Source: Octopus sinensis (Eukaryota). From it: 64,000 nt of DNA. Numbering within the stretch: position 1 is the stretch's first letter; each line of letters starts with the position of its first letter. The notes beneath the pieces are model-generated. The model did not search any database. It was not told the origin of the DNA and worked only from the letters and a program-made list of their open reading frames with translations. Shown here in pieces: positions 25,932-35,990 of the stretch. The translations under genes were made by a program, and so were the position numbers. Where the stretch lies: contig NC_043020.1 in assembly GCF_006345805.1 (NCBI RefSeq), positions 15,314,001-15,378,000 of the forward strand. The letters are read 5' to 3'.

Positions 25932-28570
25932 GCGTGTGTGTGTTTGTGTGTCTGTGTTTGTCCCCCTAGCATTGCTTGACAACCGATGCTGGTGTGTTTA
26001 TGTCCCCGTTACTTAGCGGTTCGGCAAAAGAGACTGATAGAATAAGTACTGGGCTTACAAAAGAATAAGTCCCGGAGTCGAGTTGCTCGATTAAAGGCGG
26101 TGCTCCAGCATGGCCGCAGTCAAATGACTGAAACAAGTAAAAGAGTAAAAGAGTATATCTATTATGACTAATTTGGTCTTAATTGGGGATCAAAGGAAAC
26201 ACCTCATATGTTTTGTTCTCATCTGATTTAGGAACATAATCAGCATCCTGTCAAACAGTGTATGGTCTTAATGTAATTGCCATAAACCAATTCAAAAGAA
26301 GGTTTTTATTCAAACTTTGTTCAGCTTGCTGTCTGATCCATTAATCATGGCTGCCCAACGATTAAGACGTGTTGTTCTATATTAGGTAAAGGCAGCATCC
26401 ACTCATCAACATCAGTCGACACTGCACTGTGTTTTTGTACTCAATACAAAATATGATTTCTATATTTTTACCTACTATTTACTATTGTAGAAGGGAATTA
26501 ATGATAGAATATTATAGCTCACTAGCACGATGACCCGGCAATGCCGGGTCTTCGTGCTAGTGCATGCATATACAGCTGCGTGCGTGCGCACATACACGCG
26601 AGTACTGTCCAAATCTTCGACCAATCACATACAGCTAGTTGGCATTCAATTGGTGTATCAAGTTTCGGGCATTTTGATTGGGTTTTGGATAGAAAATTCA
26701 CAAAAAAGTCACTTCTATTGATTTTTTTAATGGCTTTGCGGGGTGACTGGGGAAATGTAAAGATGTGCATGACCACCCTTGGACGGTTTTGAATGACCAT
26801 AGAAAGTGCAAGCCCTCTAACTGAAAAATTGTGGAATTGTATAAAGGACACACACACAGACATTTTGCTGTTTATATATATAGAGATAAGAGTAATTTAT
26901 GAGATTTCTCTATTCTGTATATTGTCAGGCTGAAAGGCAAGCTGTTAATACAACAGTGCAAGGCTCAGCTGCTGATCTAATGAAGATAGCGATGATAAAC
27001 ATTGATAATGAATTGATAAAGACATTTCCTGCGTCTTCTCAGCCCCATACAGTGGATAATATGATTGAACATGCCAAAAGTAAGTATTTTTTTTTTTTGC
27101 TCTTAGGTCTGGGGAAAGATGCCTTTCGAGTCCAGGGCAAGCAATGTTGTTAGTGTTTCTCTTAAACAGATGCAAGTTGTTAGTTTAGTTTGGCTGTCCT
27201 CCTGGACACTTCAGTGATTTCATGTGAGCATGCCATCTATGGTGGTCCTCATCAATTTTTGCCATTACGCTATCCCGAAGCAAGTTGTCCACATAAGTTC
27301 AATGTTTTCTTTCTCTGTTGATTCTTCATTTAGCTGACTGCCATGAGACCAGTTGACACACAGGTCCTCCTGGGTGCCTGATGCAATGATCAGCAATTCC
27401 CATTTTTCTCTGCTGAATCTTCTCACTCACTTCGGGTAGATCTTGGTAAAGCTGCTCGTTGGTCAAATGAGCTCTCTGTGTAACATTCAGAGCCATTATT
27501 ACCATTCTCGTGTAGCAGCCATCTATTTTTCAAGCTTTTTGGTGGCAACAGGAAAAAAATTGCAGGAGGAGGAATAAAACTGGGAATGGCGTTGGGTACA
27601 AAAGTGGACACAATATGGGTAATGAGTGAGTTTTTAACGAAATTAGAAATATCCATCCAACCTATGCTAGTGTAGAAGAATGGGTGTTAAACCTAGGTTA
27701 TGAAGTTTAGTGTCAGTTACTTCTCGAATACTCAAATACTGCTCAAATATTAGAAAATTTTCTCTTGACAGGTTTAATTTGATTTAAATTCATTTAATTC
27801 TGTCATATTATAGTGATATCTTTTCAGAAATGCATTTTGGTAGGAAATAACATTTGCTACTCAAGGACAACAATCGTGTAACACAGTGTTATCATCATCA
27901 TTGTTTAACGTCCGCTTTCCATGCGGATGATTTGACTGAGTGCTGGCGAACCAGATGGCTGCACCAGGCTCCATTCTTGATCTGGCAAAGTTTCTACAGC
28001 TGGATGCCCTTCCTAACGCCAACCACTCCGAGAGTGTAGTGGGTGCCTTTACGTGCCACTGGCACGTGGGGGTGGGGCAGTCAGGCGGTACTAGCAATGA
28101 CCTTGCTCGAATCTTTTTACACATGCCACCGGCACAGATGCCAGTAAGGCGACACTGATGTACTAAAGAAAGGAGAAAAGTAATATTCTTCAAATGTGTC
28201 AAAATTTGACCCCTGTTGACAAATCTCAATGTCAAAGCATGTCTTCTCAACTGGTTCAACAATTCTGAAACAAACAAAAGTAATTATGATTTTCTTTTCC
28301 TCGTGTATTTTAGATGGAGACATTCTCTTGAAATGCCGCCGTTCTCCAAGAAATCGGAGGCCGTGCAGCTTTCTGAACCAACCGTCAGGGGCTTATCTTT
28401 TACTGCAGATCCATGATGAATTAATTTATGAAGTTGGTTTGTACGACTTGAGGAGAGCAGCCACTATTATTCAGACACAAATGGAGTCAGCAATGAAATT
28501 ATCTGTCCGGTTACCTGTCAAACTTAAAAGTGGGCCAAGTTGGGGAAAACTCGATGAATATACACTGTGA
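798..28570 (+). CDS. POLQ: DNA polymerase theta (helicase-polymerase), 5'-partial, 16 exons: join(798..984,3019..3179,3996..4320,5891..6134,6905..9306,9530..9658,11740..12033,12697..12909,13648..13775,16363..16732,17829..17963,19669..19853,20411..20522,25534..25658,26929..27079,28314..28570)
   Basis: All introns are GT-AG with compatible phases. The exons sum to 5418 nt (1805 aa plus TGA). Recognisable POLQ motifs include LGSAVLASALSP, FVLESELHILYLVTP, LQSLQQSAATFAGMVTVFC, DPKIASWLLDP, ATGRISMFDPNLQNIPKDF, AADYSQLELR, QAKQICYGMIYGIG, QAVNTTVQGSAADLMK and LQIHDELIYEV. Confidence 0.97.
1008..1411 (-). mobile_element. tRNA-headed SINE, family A, with internal (TA)n/(TG)n tract and (AAAGAGT)n tail. 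Other copies: 1727-2121(-), 14957-15360(+), 16891-17328(+), 21603-22030(-), 25736-26153(+), 32474-32884(-), 40441-41241(+), 44693-45480(+), 51450-51632(+), 54820-55082(+), 55165-55340(-)
   Basis: Twelve recognisable copies of AGGCGCAGGAGTGGCTGTGTGGTAAG...GGTTCCGGGTTCAGTCCC...ACTGAAACAAGTAAAAGAG. Confidence 0.92.
3019..3179 (+). CDS. POLQ: POLQ exon (PTKLGSAVLASALSP...HILYL)
   Basis: Acceptor ttttacag|AT and donor TTG|gtgcat; phase 1 to 0. Confidence 0.93.
3377..3650 (-). mobile_element. CR1-clade LINE 3' fragment with (AAT)n tail
   Basis: ORF 3447..3680 contains TRGHAYKV...RKHFFTLRVAEAWNKLP...FK, the typical CR1 C-terminus. Confidence 0.85.
3996..4320 (+). CDS. POLQ: POLQ exon (VTPIY...LQQSAATFA)
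   Basis: Acceptor cttag|GTG and donor GCTG|gtaatg; matches ORF 3996..4340. Confidence 0.95.
5303..5598 (+). mobile_element. tRNA-headed SINE, family D
   Basis: Pol III A box TGGCCTAGTGG and B box GGTTCGAATCTC; second copy at 208-478. Confidence 0.8.
5891..6134 (+). CDS. POLQ: POLQ exon (GMVTVFCARLGW...TGTQFQ)
   Basis: Acceptor tgtcag|GG and donor CAAAG|gtaaat; phase 1 to 2. Confidence 0.95.
6181..6413 (+). mobile_element. SINE family B (AAGGCGGCGAGCTGGCAGAAACG...GTAGTAAAGAAATA). Other copies: 2735-2888, 9700-10115, 10261-10490(-), 22241-22476(-), 30008-30390, 33114-33316(-), 33953-34540(-), 41954-42160, 42616-42828, 43893-44325(-), 46592-46803, 50768-51180, 53545-53640(-)
   Basis: Many near-identical copies with clear TSDs: AATTTCTATATCTTT at 6163/6415, CCAACCAACAAGTTC at 22226/22477 and CCAAGTATACC at 33103/33317. 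Confidence 0.92.
6905..9306 (+). CDS. POLQ: POLQ large exon (2402 nt): end of helicase, Asn/Ser-rich disordered central domain, start of exonuclease-like domain
   Basis: Acceptor tttag|T and donor CAAG|gtaaga; open frame equals ORF 6942..9386. Contains RCIWLHGCQGMTAQEAALRII at the start and FTIIDVCSSHSLFDTFIAEW near the end. Confidence 0.95.
9530..9658 (+). CDS. POLQ: POLQ exon (GVPL...VAGFAVCWNKHDAYYVAL)
   Basis: The AAG acceptor at 9527-9529 is the only nearby phase-compatible one; donor ATAG|gtgagt. Confidence 0.8.
11341..11675 (+). mobile_element. tRNA-headed SINE, family C, with CORE-like TTGAGCAAGACACTTTA block. Other copies: 18674-19006(+), 30790-31105(-), 46212-46547(+)
   Basis: A box TAGCTCAGTAGTTAGAGC, B box GAGTTCGAATCCC; four copies; TSD AATTTTACTG around the 46.2 kb copy. 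Confidence 0.88.
11740..12033 (+). CDS. POLQ: POLQ exon (LAPPPID...DPKIASWLLDP)
   Basis: Translated by hand; acceptor aatag|AT and donor GATG|gtgagt. Confidence 0.92.
12159..12499 (+). mobile_element. Non-autonomous Helitron, family H1
   Basis: A|TC start; perfect 14-bp hairpin GCACTATGACCCGG/CCGGGTCATAGTGC; ends CAAG|T. Confidence 0.85.
12697..12909 (+). CDS. POLQ: POLQ exon (SLGL...VEMPLINTISRMELNGF)
   Basis: Acceptor tttcag|AT and donor TTTG|gtatat. Confidence 0.93.
13648..13775 (+). CDS. POLQ: POLQ exon (GFSTEE...AYSLSGHPFSLSSTDDISK)
   Basis: Acceptor ccccag|GA and donor AAG|gtatgt. Confidence 0.93.
13871..14290 (+). mobile_element. hAT-type MITE
   Basis: TIR CAG(A/C)GC(C/T)GGATTA and a perfect 8-bp TSD TCTACAGC. 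Confidence 0.85.
14720..14956 (-). mobile_element. RTE LINE 3' fragment; inverted partner at 15784-15935(+), resuming at 16142
   Basis: The two segments are reverse complements over ~150 bp and encode an (L)TKEMTED...W-like RTE C-terminus. Confidence 0.7.
15935..16141 (+). mobile_element. Tx1 3'-UTR-only fragment nested in an RTE tail
   Basis: Similar to 52410-52640 (CTTTTCTTTCCAC...GATCCCTTTTGATCGAAATT...AAAAGAAAAGCT). Confidence 0.7.
16363..16732 (+). CDS. POLQ: POLQ exon (thumb with insert 1, through ATGRISMFDPNLQNIPKDF)
   Basis: Acceptor ttttag|GTT and donor CCAG|gtcagt; frame open throughout. Confidence 0.95.
17829..17963 (+). CDS. POLQ: POLQ exon (insert 2, ...SMRNAFVPFE)
   Basis: Acceptor ttttag|AT and donor GAAG|gtaatc. 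Confidence 0.92.
18047..18549 (+). mobile_element. TTAA/CCCTTT (piggyBac-like) MITE with nested RTE 3' UTR. Related ends: 17345-17523, 23806-24035, 25080-25209, 25271-25415
   Basis: Termini TTA(A/G)CCCTTT...AAAGGGTTAA; bodies shared between copies. Confidence 0.65.
18552..19078 (+). mobile_element. hAT-type MITE carrying a nested family C SINE
   Basis: TIR CAGTACTCGGCAACC / CGGTGCTCTGCAACC; 6 of 8 bases match in the TSD. Confidence 0.7.
19669..19853 (+). CDS. POLQ: POLQ exon (motif A AADYSQLELR, catalytic Asp at 19689; start of motif B RQQAKQ)
   Basis: Translated by hand; acceptor ctgtag|GT and donor CAG|gttcta. Confidence 0.95.
20411..20522 (+). CDS. POLQ: POLQ exon (motif B ICYGMIYGIGAKAL)
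   Basis: Acceptor tttcag|ATT and donor CCTG|gttagt. Confidence 0.95.
24447..25050 (-). mobile_element. 5'-truncated RTE-clade LINE: C-terminal coding remnant (KKCHTLAVEGTCGRGRP...TEEMSRDRDLWKNAVREKT*) plus long 3' UTR with (GAT)n tail. 3'-UTR-only copies: 500-750(+), 2372-2733(+), 3651-3731(+), 5050-5232(+), 10150-10670(+), 10776-10975(-), 13046-13310(-), 14338-14682(-), 18080-18355(+), 20584-20990(-), 21035-21470(-), 22721-23000(-), 23001-23267(+), 27893-28160(-), 31475-31538(+)
   Basis: Hand translation of 25050 down to 24870 gives the RTE C-terminal GRGRP...W signature, contiguous with the repeated CCAACCCATGCTAGCATGGAAAGCGGACG(GAT)n tail. Confidence 0.82.
25534..25658 (+). CDS. POLQ: POLQ exon (GYVKTITGRKRYLPNI)
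   Basis: Acceptor ttgtag|GT and donor CAG|gttagt. Confidence 0.94.
26522..26886 (-). mobile_element. Non-autonomous Helitron, family H1
   Basis: A|TC...CTAG|T ends; ~20-bp terminal hairpin; same body as 12159 and 49740. Confidence 0.9.
26929..27079 (+). CDS. POLQ: POLQ exon (AERQAVNTTVQGSAADLMK)
   Basis: Acceptor tgtcag|GCT and donor AAAA|gtaagt. Confidence 0.94.
27178..27485 (-). mobile_element. RTE LINE 3' fragment
   Basis: Hand translation: HLTNEQLYQDLPEVSEKIQQRKMGIADHCIRHP...TYVDNLLRD. Confidence 0.8.
28314..28570 (+). CDS. POLQ: POLQ terminal exon (insert 3, motif C HDE at 28412-28420, stop TGA)
   Basis: Acceptor ttttag|AT; ends SGPSWGKLDEYTL*. Confidence 0.94.
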
Positions 28571-28945
28571 TATTTAATTTAAAAAATAGCAAATTTTAAT
28601 AGTATCATATATATATATTATCTCCTGCACATATTCAATGTGTTTTGCTTGTTCTCCAGTTCACCTGTTTATGACTTTCAGGTGTTTTAACACCCAGTGC
28701 CATGAGAGAACCATTCCCAGAGCTCTGTACCGCAGTGAACAAGCAAAACACATACACTGAGTATGTGCAGTTGATAACGTTTACAACACTAGTACTACTT
28801 TTAATTCATAATTGAATTTATACATACCTACATACATATGTATATATTTATATATATATCACTCATATTTTTTTACCTTATTACATTTAAAAAGATGATA
28901 GTATTCTTACTCAAACAAGCACTGAATGAATTTGTTGAATTAATG

Positions 28946-28951
28946 AATAAA
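28946..28951 (+). terminator. Candidate POLQ polyadenylation signal AATAAA
   Basis: An AATAAA ~375 nt after the stop, followed by a T-rich tract; a second copy lies at 29095-29100. Positional inference only. Confidence 0.4.
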
Positions 28952-29016
28952 ATGATTGATGATTATTAAAAACAGGTTTTTTTTGTTACTGACTGGTATT
29001 TACAATTATGTATGTA

Positions 29017-29915
29017 CTAGCTGACATACATGGTAATTCCCAGGAAAGTGGGGCTTATCCCTTGGTTCTATTCTCATAATTGTTTCGCTAATCCAATAAA
29101 AACAATACAAAGTATGTAGCCCTTAAAACAGTTTTTGTGCATTTATTGAGAATACCGAACTGTCTTACACAGGATCTTGTTTTTATGAATTCCCAATAAG
29201 TTATGAATACCCAAATTGTGAAGTCAGTTATGTAATAACATGAAATTAGTTACCCGATAGTAAGAATTCAAATAAAGTAGCCCCGAAAAGGGCTTTAATT
29301 CCCAGAGTATATAGAACATAGGAGGAAATACTAATAAGGTATGTATACTAAATTCGTGAAGCATGTTAGGTAATAACAGGCTAATCAGATATGAGATAAT
29401 AATAATTCAAAGTAAATAACTCTGAAAAGGGCTTTTGTGTGTTCCCAGAGAATATTACTCTTAGGGGCGCTAGTGTTGGTATATTTGTGAATAAGTCATT
29501 ACCAAAATAAGTGGATCTATTGTTTAAGAAAATACTATTTGTTGTACTAGATAAATTGCAAAAATAACTCTAACAATTCAAATACTAACAAATAAGTGTA
29601 CTCAATTTCATTTTTACCAAATAATTTAGGAAAATGAATGGGTTATTTTCCTTGGCTATATATAAGAATCCCTTCCATGGGCAAATGGGTTATTTCCCTT
29701 GCTTTTTTAAAATAAAATCATAGATATATATAAGAATCCCTTCCAGGGGCCCTATTATCGATTTTTTTCAACAATCTGAGTATGTCACGAGGTTTCTAGA
29801 CATGAGTTCTACTCACATGTCAAGTTTCATCAAAATCGATAAAACGATGTAGGAGGAGTTAGCTAACAACTCCACAAATACACCCACAAACAGAATTTCC
29901 CAAATATGTAGTAGA
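29017..29915 (-). mobile_element. Non-autonomous Helitron (older)
   Basis: A|TCTACTAC start, decayed hairpin, CTAG|T end; internal ~80-bp duplication. Confidence 0.65.
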
Positions 29916-32900
29916 TAATTCCCTTGATTTTTTTTCTTTTATTAAAAAAATGTATATAAATCTGTTTTTCATTCATTGTTGTGTTTTACTTGATATTTAA
30001 AAAAAGATGAAGGTGGTGAGCTGGCAGAATCGTTAGCATGCTGGGCAAAATGCTCAGTGGCATTTCATCCATCCTTACATTCTGAGTTCAAATCACACCG
30101 AGGTTGCCTTTGCCTTTCATCTTTTTTGGGGTTGATAAAATAAGTACCAGTTGAACACGCGGGTTGAAGTAATTGACCTGCACCCCACAAAAAATAGTTG
30201 GCCTTGTACCAAAATGTGATTCCAGTATAATAGTTGCTGTTTCACACATCACTTTTAATTTTACCAAGGTTGACTTTATCTTTTATCCTTTTGGGGTTGA
30301 TAAAATAAGTACCAGTTGAACACTTGGGTCAATGTAATCAACTTACCCTCTCCCCTGAAATTGCTGGCCTTGTACCAAAATTTGAAACCATTATTGTTAA
30401 AAAAGATTTCCCCACAGTGTTAAGACAGAATTATTCCCCACATCTCAAAGAAAATTGAGATGCATAAAATATAGCCATTGTAGATTCTGCAATTGGTCTC
30501 TCAAAACAATTGTTTTTTTTATTAAAAGTATTTACTGATGTCTTGACATTATGTATTGCAAAGAACAAACAGATAAAATACTTTTCCATTTTTTTGGTGG
30601 TGGTCATGGTGGTGGGGTTTAGGTTTAAATTGTCTTCTGCAGAAGCAGCCATAAAAAGAAGTGTCAAATTGCAATGTTTGAAGAGTTTGAGCATTGGGTA
30701 GTTGGGCAGACAGATAGAGAGCTAGAAGAATGGATGGATGGACACAAGGATGTAAGAATGGACGGATTAAAAAGGATAAAGTGTAAAGATCTTTTTCAGT
30801 CATGAATTACCATGGGATTGCATCTAGAAAGTTCCCCTCTGAAGCACAAGTCTGGGCAAGGTTGTTTTATGGAAAACCAACAGTTGCTCATGCATACCAG
30901 TCTACCCTTTTCATGCCACTGATGTTATCCAAGGGAAAGGCAAAGGCTGATACAGCCTGGCACCAGTGATGTTGCGACTCATTTCTACAGATGAGTGGAC
31001 TGGAGCAATGTGAAATGAAGTGTCTTGCTCAAGAACACAACACGCAGCCTGGTCCAGGAATTGAACTCACTACCTCATGTTCTAACCACTGAGCCATGTG
31101 CCTTCATTTGGATGGATGAAGGGAGGGAGGGATGGAAGGATAGATAGGTGGGTAGTTGGAAAAATGAATAGATGACAAGGGGAATGGTTGGATGGAAGAT
31201 AGATGAGCAGATAGCTAAATGAATGGTTGGAGGGATGGACAGATGGATGGATGGAGCAATGGATAGATAGTTAGATGGATAGATATATAAAGAGATACAG
31301 AGACAAACAGACAGACAGAAAGATAAATAGTTGAAATCCAATAAATCCAGGCTCAACACTAAATCCTATGTGGATAACCCCTCACCACTTTCCACACCAC
31401 CCTTGCCAGAGCACGTTCCATGGACTGAGCATCTGCTCTTTACCCCTGAACTTGCTCCCACCTCCCATTTCCCCAGTCAAACCGTCCAACCCATGCCAGC
31501 ATGGAAAGTGGACGTTAAACGATGATGATGATGATGATATATATATTTTATGTGCTTACTCCAGTATTATATAAGACTTGCAGGCATGTGGAATTTCATT
31601 ATGCGACCATAGTATACTATAAAGTACATTAAGTGTTTTTATGAGTCAACACCACGTCCTACTGTGTCTGTTATGCAGAAAGTGAGAGAGAATGAGAGAT
31701 TAGTAGAGTGATATATAAGGTTAGGTTTGTGTTTAGGGTTATGGTAAAGGTTAGGTTTATGTTTAGGGTTAGGTTTAATGTTAGGTTTAAGGTCAGGGTT
31801 TAAGGTTATGTTTGAGCAGACTTCAAATAGGCATGTGATTTGGAGAATCTGGTGGGTGATATTTATTACATGTAATTATATGTCTAATTAGTCTGTCACA
31901 AAGTTTGAGTGCAACTCCAACATGATTCTTGTCCTGTCTGTTGGTTCGCAATATAAACATACTTTGGGTTAGGGTCAGTGTTCAGTTTAGCGTTAGGGTT
32001 AGTTGTGAAACCATTCAGCATACACGTGAAACCAGTCAGTATATTGAAATATATTTGTGTTTAAAACAAACAGATATACTTTTAAGTTTAGGACAACATT
32101 ACAGAGTGAATATTAAGTATCAAAATTTTCTTTAAACTTTTAAGATCTCACTTGAGTCCCTTTGATAATGATTACAGTGAAACCAGGAATAAATAGTTCA
32201 TATTCATATTGAAAACACCTCATAGTTCTCACAAGTGTGTGTGCTAACTTCCATATTGGTGTGAATTTGATAGCTGCTAAGAAATTGCTTACGCAACAAC
32301 ACAGCATGAACATTGAAAAAAAATCTGTTTGCTTAGAACATGTATCATCTTGCAGCAGAGTGAAAACTAAGAGACATACACTGTGTTCTGGTCAGAACGT
32401 TGTAGATATCAAACTTACTGCTGTCTCAAACTTTTGTAGAGAAGTTCACATCAGTATTTAATATCAAATAATTCTTTCTTTTACTTGTTTCAGTCATTTG
32501 ACTGTGGCCATGCTGGAGCACCGCCTTTAGTCGAGCAAATTCAAATTAATCCCAGGACTTATTCTTTGTAAGCCTAGTACTTATTCTATCGGTCTCTTTT
32601 GCCGAACCGCTGAGTTACAGGGACGTAAACACACCAGTATCGAATGTCGAGCGATGTTGGGAAGACAAAAACAGACACACAAACATACACACATACATAT
32701 ATATATATATATACATATATACGATGGGCTTCTTTCAGTTTCCATCTACCAAATCCACTCACAAGGCTTTGGTCGGCCCGAGGCTATAGTAGAAGACACT
32801 TGCCCAAGGTGCCATGCAGTGGGACTGAACCTGGAACCATGCGGTTGGTAAGCAAGCTACTTACCACGCAGCCACTCCTACGTCTATAATGATGATGGTG

Positions 32901-33344
32901 ATGTAATTCCTTCTTTATTGGCCTCAAAGACTGCGAAAAGTAAAACGTGTTTAGGATAATACAAAGACAGAGGACATTGGGATTTACATAAAACTGTAAA
33001 TATTTGATAACAAAATATTTTAACAAAAGAAGTCCCCAATAAGGAGTAAATACTTCCTGGGATCAACCAAGGACATCCACAGATCCTGAGCCACCCTACT
33101 CACCAAGTATACCTATTTTTTTACTACCCACAAGGGGCTAAACACAGAGAGGACAGACAAACGGATTAAGTCGATTATATCGACCCCAGTGCGTAACTGG
33201 TACTTATTTAATCAAGGATGAAAGGCAAAGTCGACCTCGGCGGAATTTGAACTCAGAACGTAGTGGCAGACGAAATACTGCTAAGCATTTCGCCCAGCGT
33301 GCTAACTGCCAGCTCGCCAAGTATACCATTGTAAGTGCTCCTCT

Positions 33345-33935
33345 CCCCGTGGTCCTCAGCCTACAAGTGCCAGTTTAGATTAGCCCCTGTCACTCGGATC
33401 ATCCTTGCCACATTCATCCACGTTTCAACAAATTTACTGAGTAGTGGTGGGGCAGTACATCCCTCTCAACCCTTGCCTTCCTTTTCAAATGGAATTTAAA
33501 ATCGTCGATGCGAGCTTGGCCAAAGAGGAAAGTGTTTGTCTTTCAGTTTTTTTCTGTCTCATCCACTAACAGCCTCTTTGTCCATAGCCACCAGACCCAG
33601 GTAGTGGGGCAGTCTCTATGATAGACTCAGTCAATAGCCAGATCTGTCCTTCATGTGATCTGTCCTTCATGTGATAACAGCTGATGAACATAACTCTACA
33701 AATTAGCAATGCTCAGACATTGAATAACAGTGTGTGCAGAATAGTTTTGTTACTCTGAGTGCATTTTGGGTAGGCGTGTCTGATGGCACTTCTGTGCATT
33801 AGAGTTTACCTCAAAGTGGTAATCCCCAGACCACCAGTAGCCCTGCCAGATCAGAGATTTCTGGAAATTATCCATGGTTCTTGACCCGAAAATCCTCTGG
33901 AAAAGGCCAGCAAGTTGATTTTCATCGACGCCCTG
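33345..33935 (-). mobile_element. Degraded Tx1 3' fragment (same family as 51707-52661)
   Basis: GVDENQLAGLFQRIFGSRTMDNFQKSLIWQ aligns by eye to GVDERHLTRLFRTTFGPGPMDNHQRSLAWQ. Confidence 0.8.
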
Positions 33936-34899
33936 AGTCTTACCAACGATATATATTTCTTTACGACCCACAAGGGGCTAAACACAGAGGGGACAAACAA
34001 GGACAGACAAAGGGATTAAGTCGATTACATCGACCCCAGTGCGTAACTGGTACTTAATTTATCGACCCCGAAAGGATGAAAGGCAAAGTCGACCTCGGCG
34101 GAATTTGAACTCAGAAACGGACGAAATACCTATTTCTTTACTACCCACAAGGGGCTAAACACAGAGGGGACAAACAAGGACAGACAAAGGGATTAAGTCG
34201 ATTACATCGACCCCAGTGCGTAACTGGTACATAATTTATCGACCCCGAAAGGATGAAAGGCAAAGTCGACCTCGGCGGAATTTAAACTCAGAGGCGGACA
34301 AAATACCTATTTCTTTACTACCCACAAGGGGCTAAACATAGAGGGGACAAACAAGGACAGACAAACGGATTAAGTCGATTACATCGACCCCAGTGCGTAA
34401 CTGGTACTTAATTTATCGACCCCGAAAGGATGAAAGGCAAAGTCGACCTTGGCGGAATTTGAACTCAGAACATAGCGGCAGACGAAATACGGCTACACAT
34501 TTCGCCCAGCGTGCTAACGTTTCTGCCAGCTCGCCGCCTTCGTTGCTCTTGTACACTACTGATCCTCTATGGAACGTCTTGATGGAACATATACTGACTA
34601 CAATGCTGAACATCTTGAACTCTACATTTAGCAGATTTATGGGCTTTAAGTTATTAAAATTAGCCCTCTTTCTTAGCAGCAGCACAATCACATCTCTTTT
34701 CAGAGGGCTGGGTATTCAGTCAATTGATATCTGTCAAGAGGCCCCCCAAAAGTCCAGCTTATGAACAAAAGAAAAGTAGACATGGTATACATCAGTAGGA
34801 AAAACGGATGATAGTGATGCTATTTTTCTTATACAGGAAATCCTAATCAAGGAGCCCCATCATGCAAGATCTCCCTAAATACCAAGGGCAAAGGCTTTT

Positions 34900-35990
34900 T
34901 CCTAGAATGGTGCCATCCACGCTTACCAACCTTTCAGGAAATTCAGTCGCAAGCAGCTCCTCTTTGTTCACTATCATTTTCTTTTTAAGAGAAACATGAA
35001 AAATCTCTACCAAAGATGAATGTCTCTATCCTCATACTTTTCAGCTCGTCCATCATACAAACTCTTTTGCCATGGCTATCAGTCAAAGAAAAACTGCTTT
35101 CTCTGTCCTGTTAAAAGAGAGTGGTTGGGTACTTACCACTATGGACTCAACTGGTAGCAGTGTCCGTTCCATAACTTCATAAGTCAGCAATGTTCGTTGA
35201 CATCGAACGAGTTTGTGCGGAATGGTTGTGTCGCTCTGTGCACATCTTTGCTCGTAAAACTTATTTCTAACCAGTAGCGAGCGTTGGTAACACTGTCAGG
35301 TCAAGGACTCCTGGAATTATCCATGCTGGTCTTCAGTTGGTAAGTCCTCAAGAACAGATTAGCTATTTCGATATCCTCCAGAACAGTTAAGCCCTTTCGA
35401 TGTTCAGAGACTCCCCGAGGATGTTGAGACTCTTCCCTGTCAATAATCCTCTTCTACTGATTGCTTGATGGAACATCCACTGATCCCGTTGTCCAACTGG
35501 TAGAGTGCTGTGAGCACCTGACGATATTCAAGACACCAGGCACCCAGTTTCGGTTTTTGCTTCATCCAGGACTGCAGCTTCAGCAACGTGCCCCACAAAC
35601 TATGTCAACACGCGTTCACCGCTTAGAAATCGTGGCACAGTTTTAGCATGCCTAATCCACCCTGTGGAGGGTACTGGCCGCAGATGGACCACCTGAATAG
35701 TAGAACACGTTCCTTTCTCATGAAACTGAATAAAACATGCTCCAACCTGATCAGACAGTAGCTGGAGTAAGGCATGACCTTCAGGGTCCTGATAGATGGA
35801 CCGTATTTCAAGACCGTGGCCTTTCTGAAACCACACCACCACCCCGTACTCCATTTTGGGCCGAAGAGATACAAAGAGCTCAAAATCTCCAAGTATGAGT
35901 ACTGGAAATCCTGGTTTCGCTAATGGGTATCAAAAATTCAAATCTAGCGACCTCAAGTCACCGAGCAGGTGACTCTGCTGCTGGGGTAAC
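34900..35990 (-). mobile_element. Older degraded Tx1 fragment (RT thumb to C-terminus)
   Basis: Frameshifted RWSICGQYPPQGGLGM, ELQSWMKQKPKLGAW and terminal LKRK motifs. Confidence 0.75.

Noticed and set aside
26170-26460. Possible Gypsy RNase H remnant (IEYKNT...) on the minus strand
   Set aside because: Only a six-residue resemblance with multiple stops and frameshifts; not supportable.
31718-31990. Chromosome end or true interstitial telomere
   Set aside because: The TTAGGG-like run is short and highly degenerate, and similar runs occur inside MITEs in this window.
33953-34540. CRISPR-like or retrozyme array
   Set aside because: The units are whole SINE bodies with no unique spacers and no ribozyme core, in a eukaryotic context.
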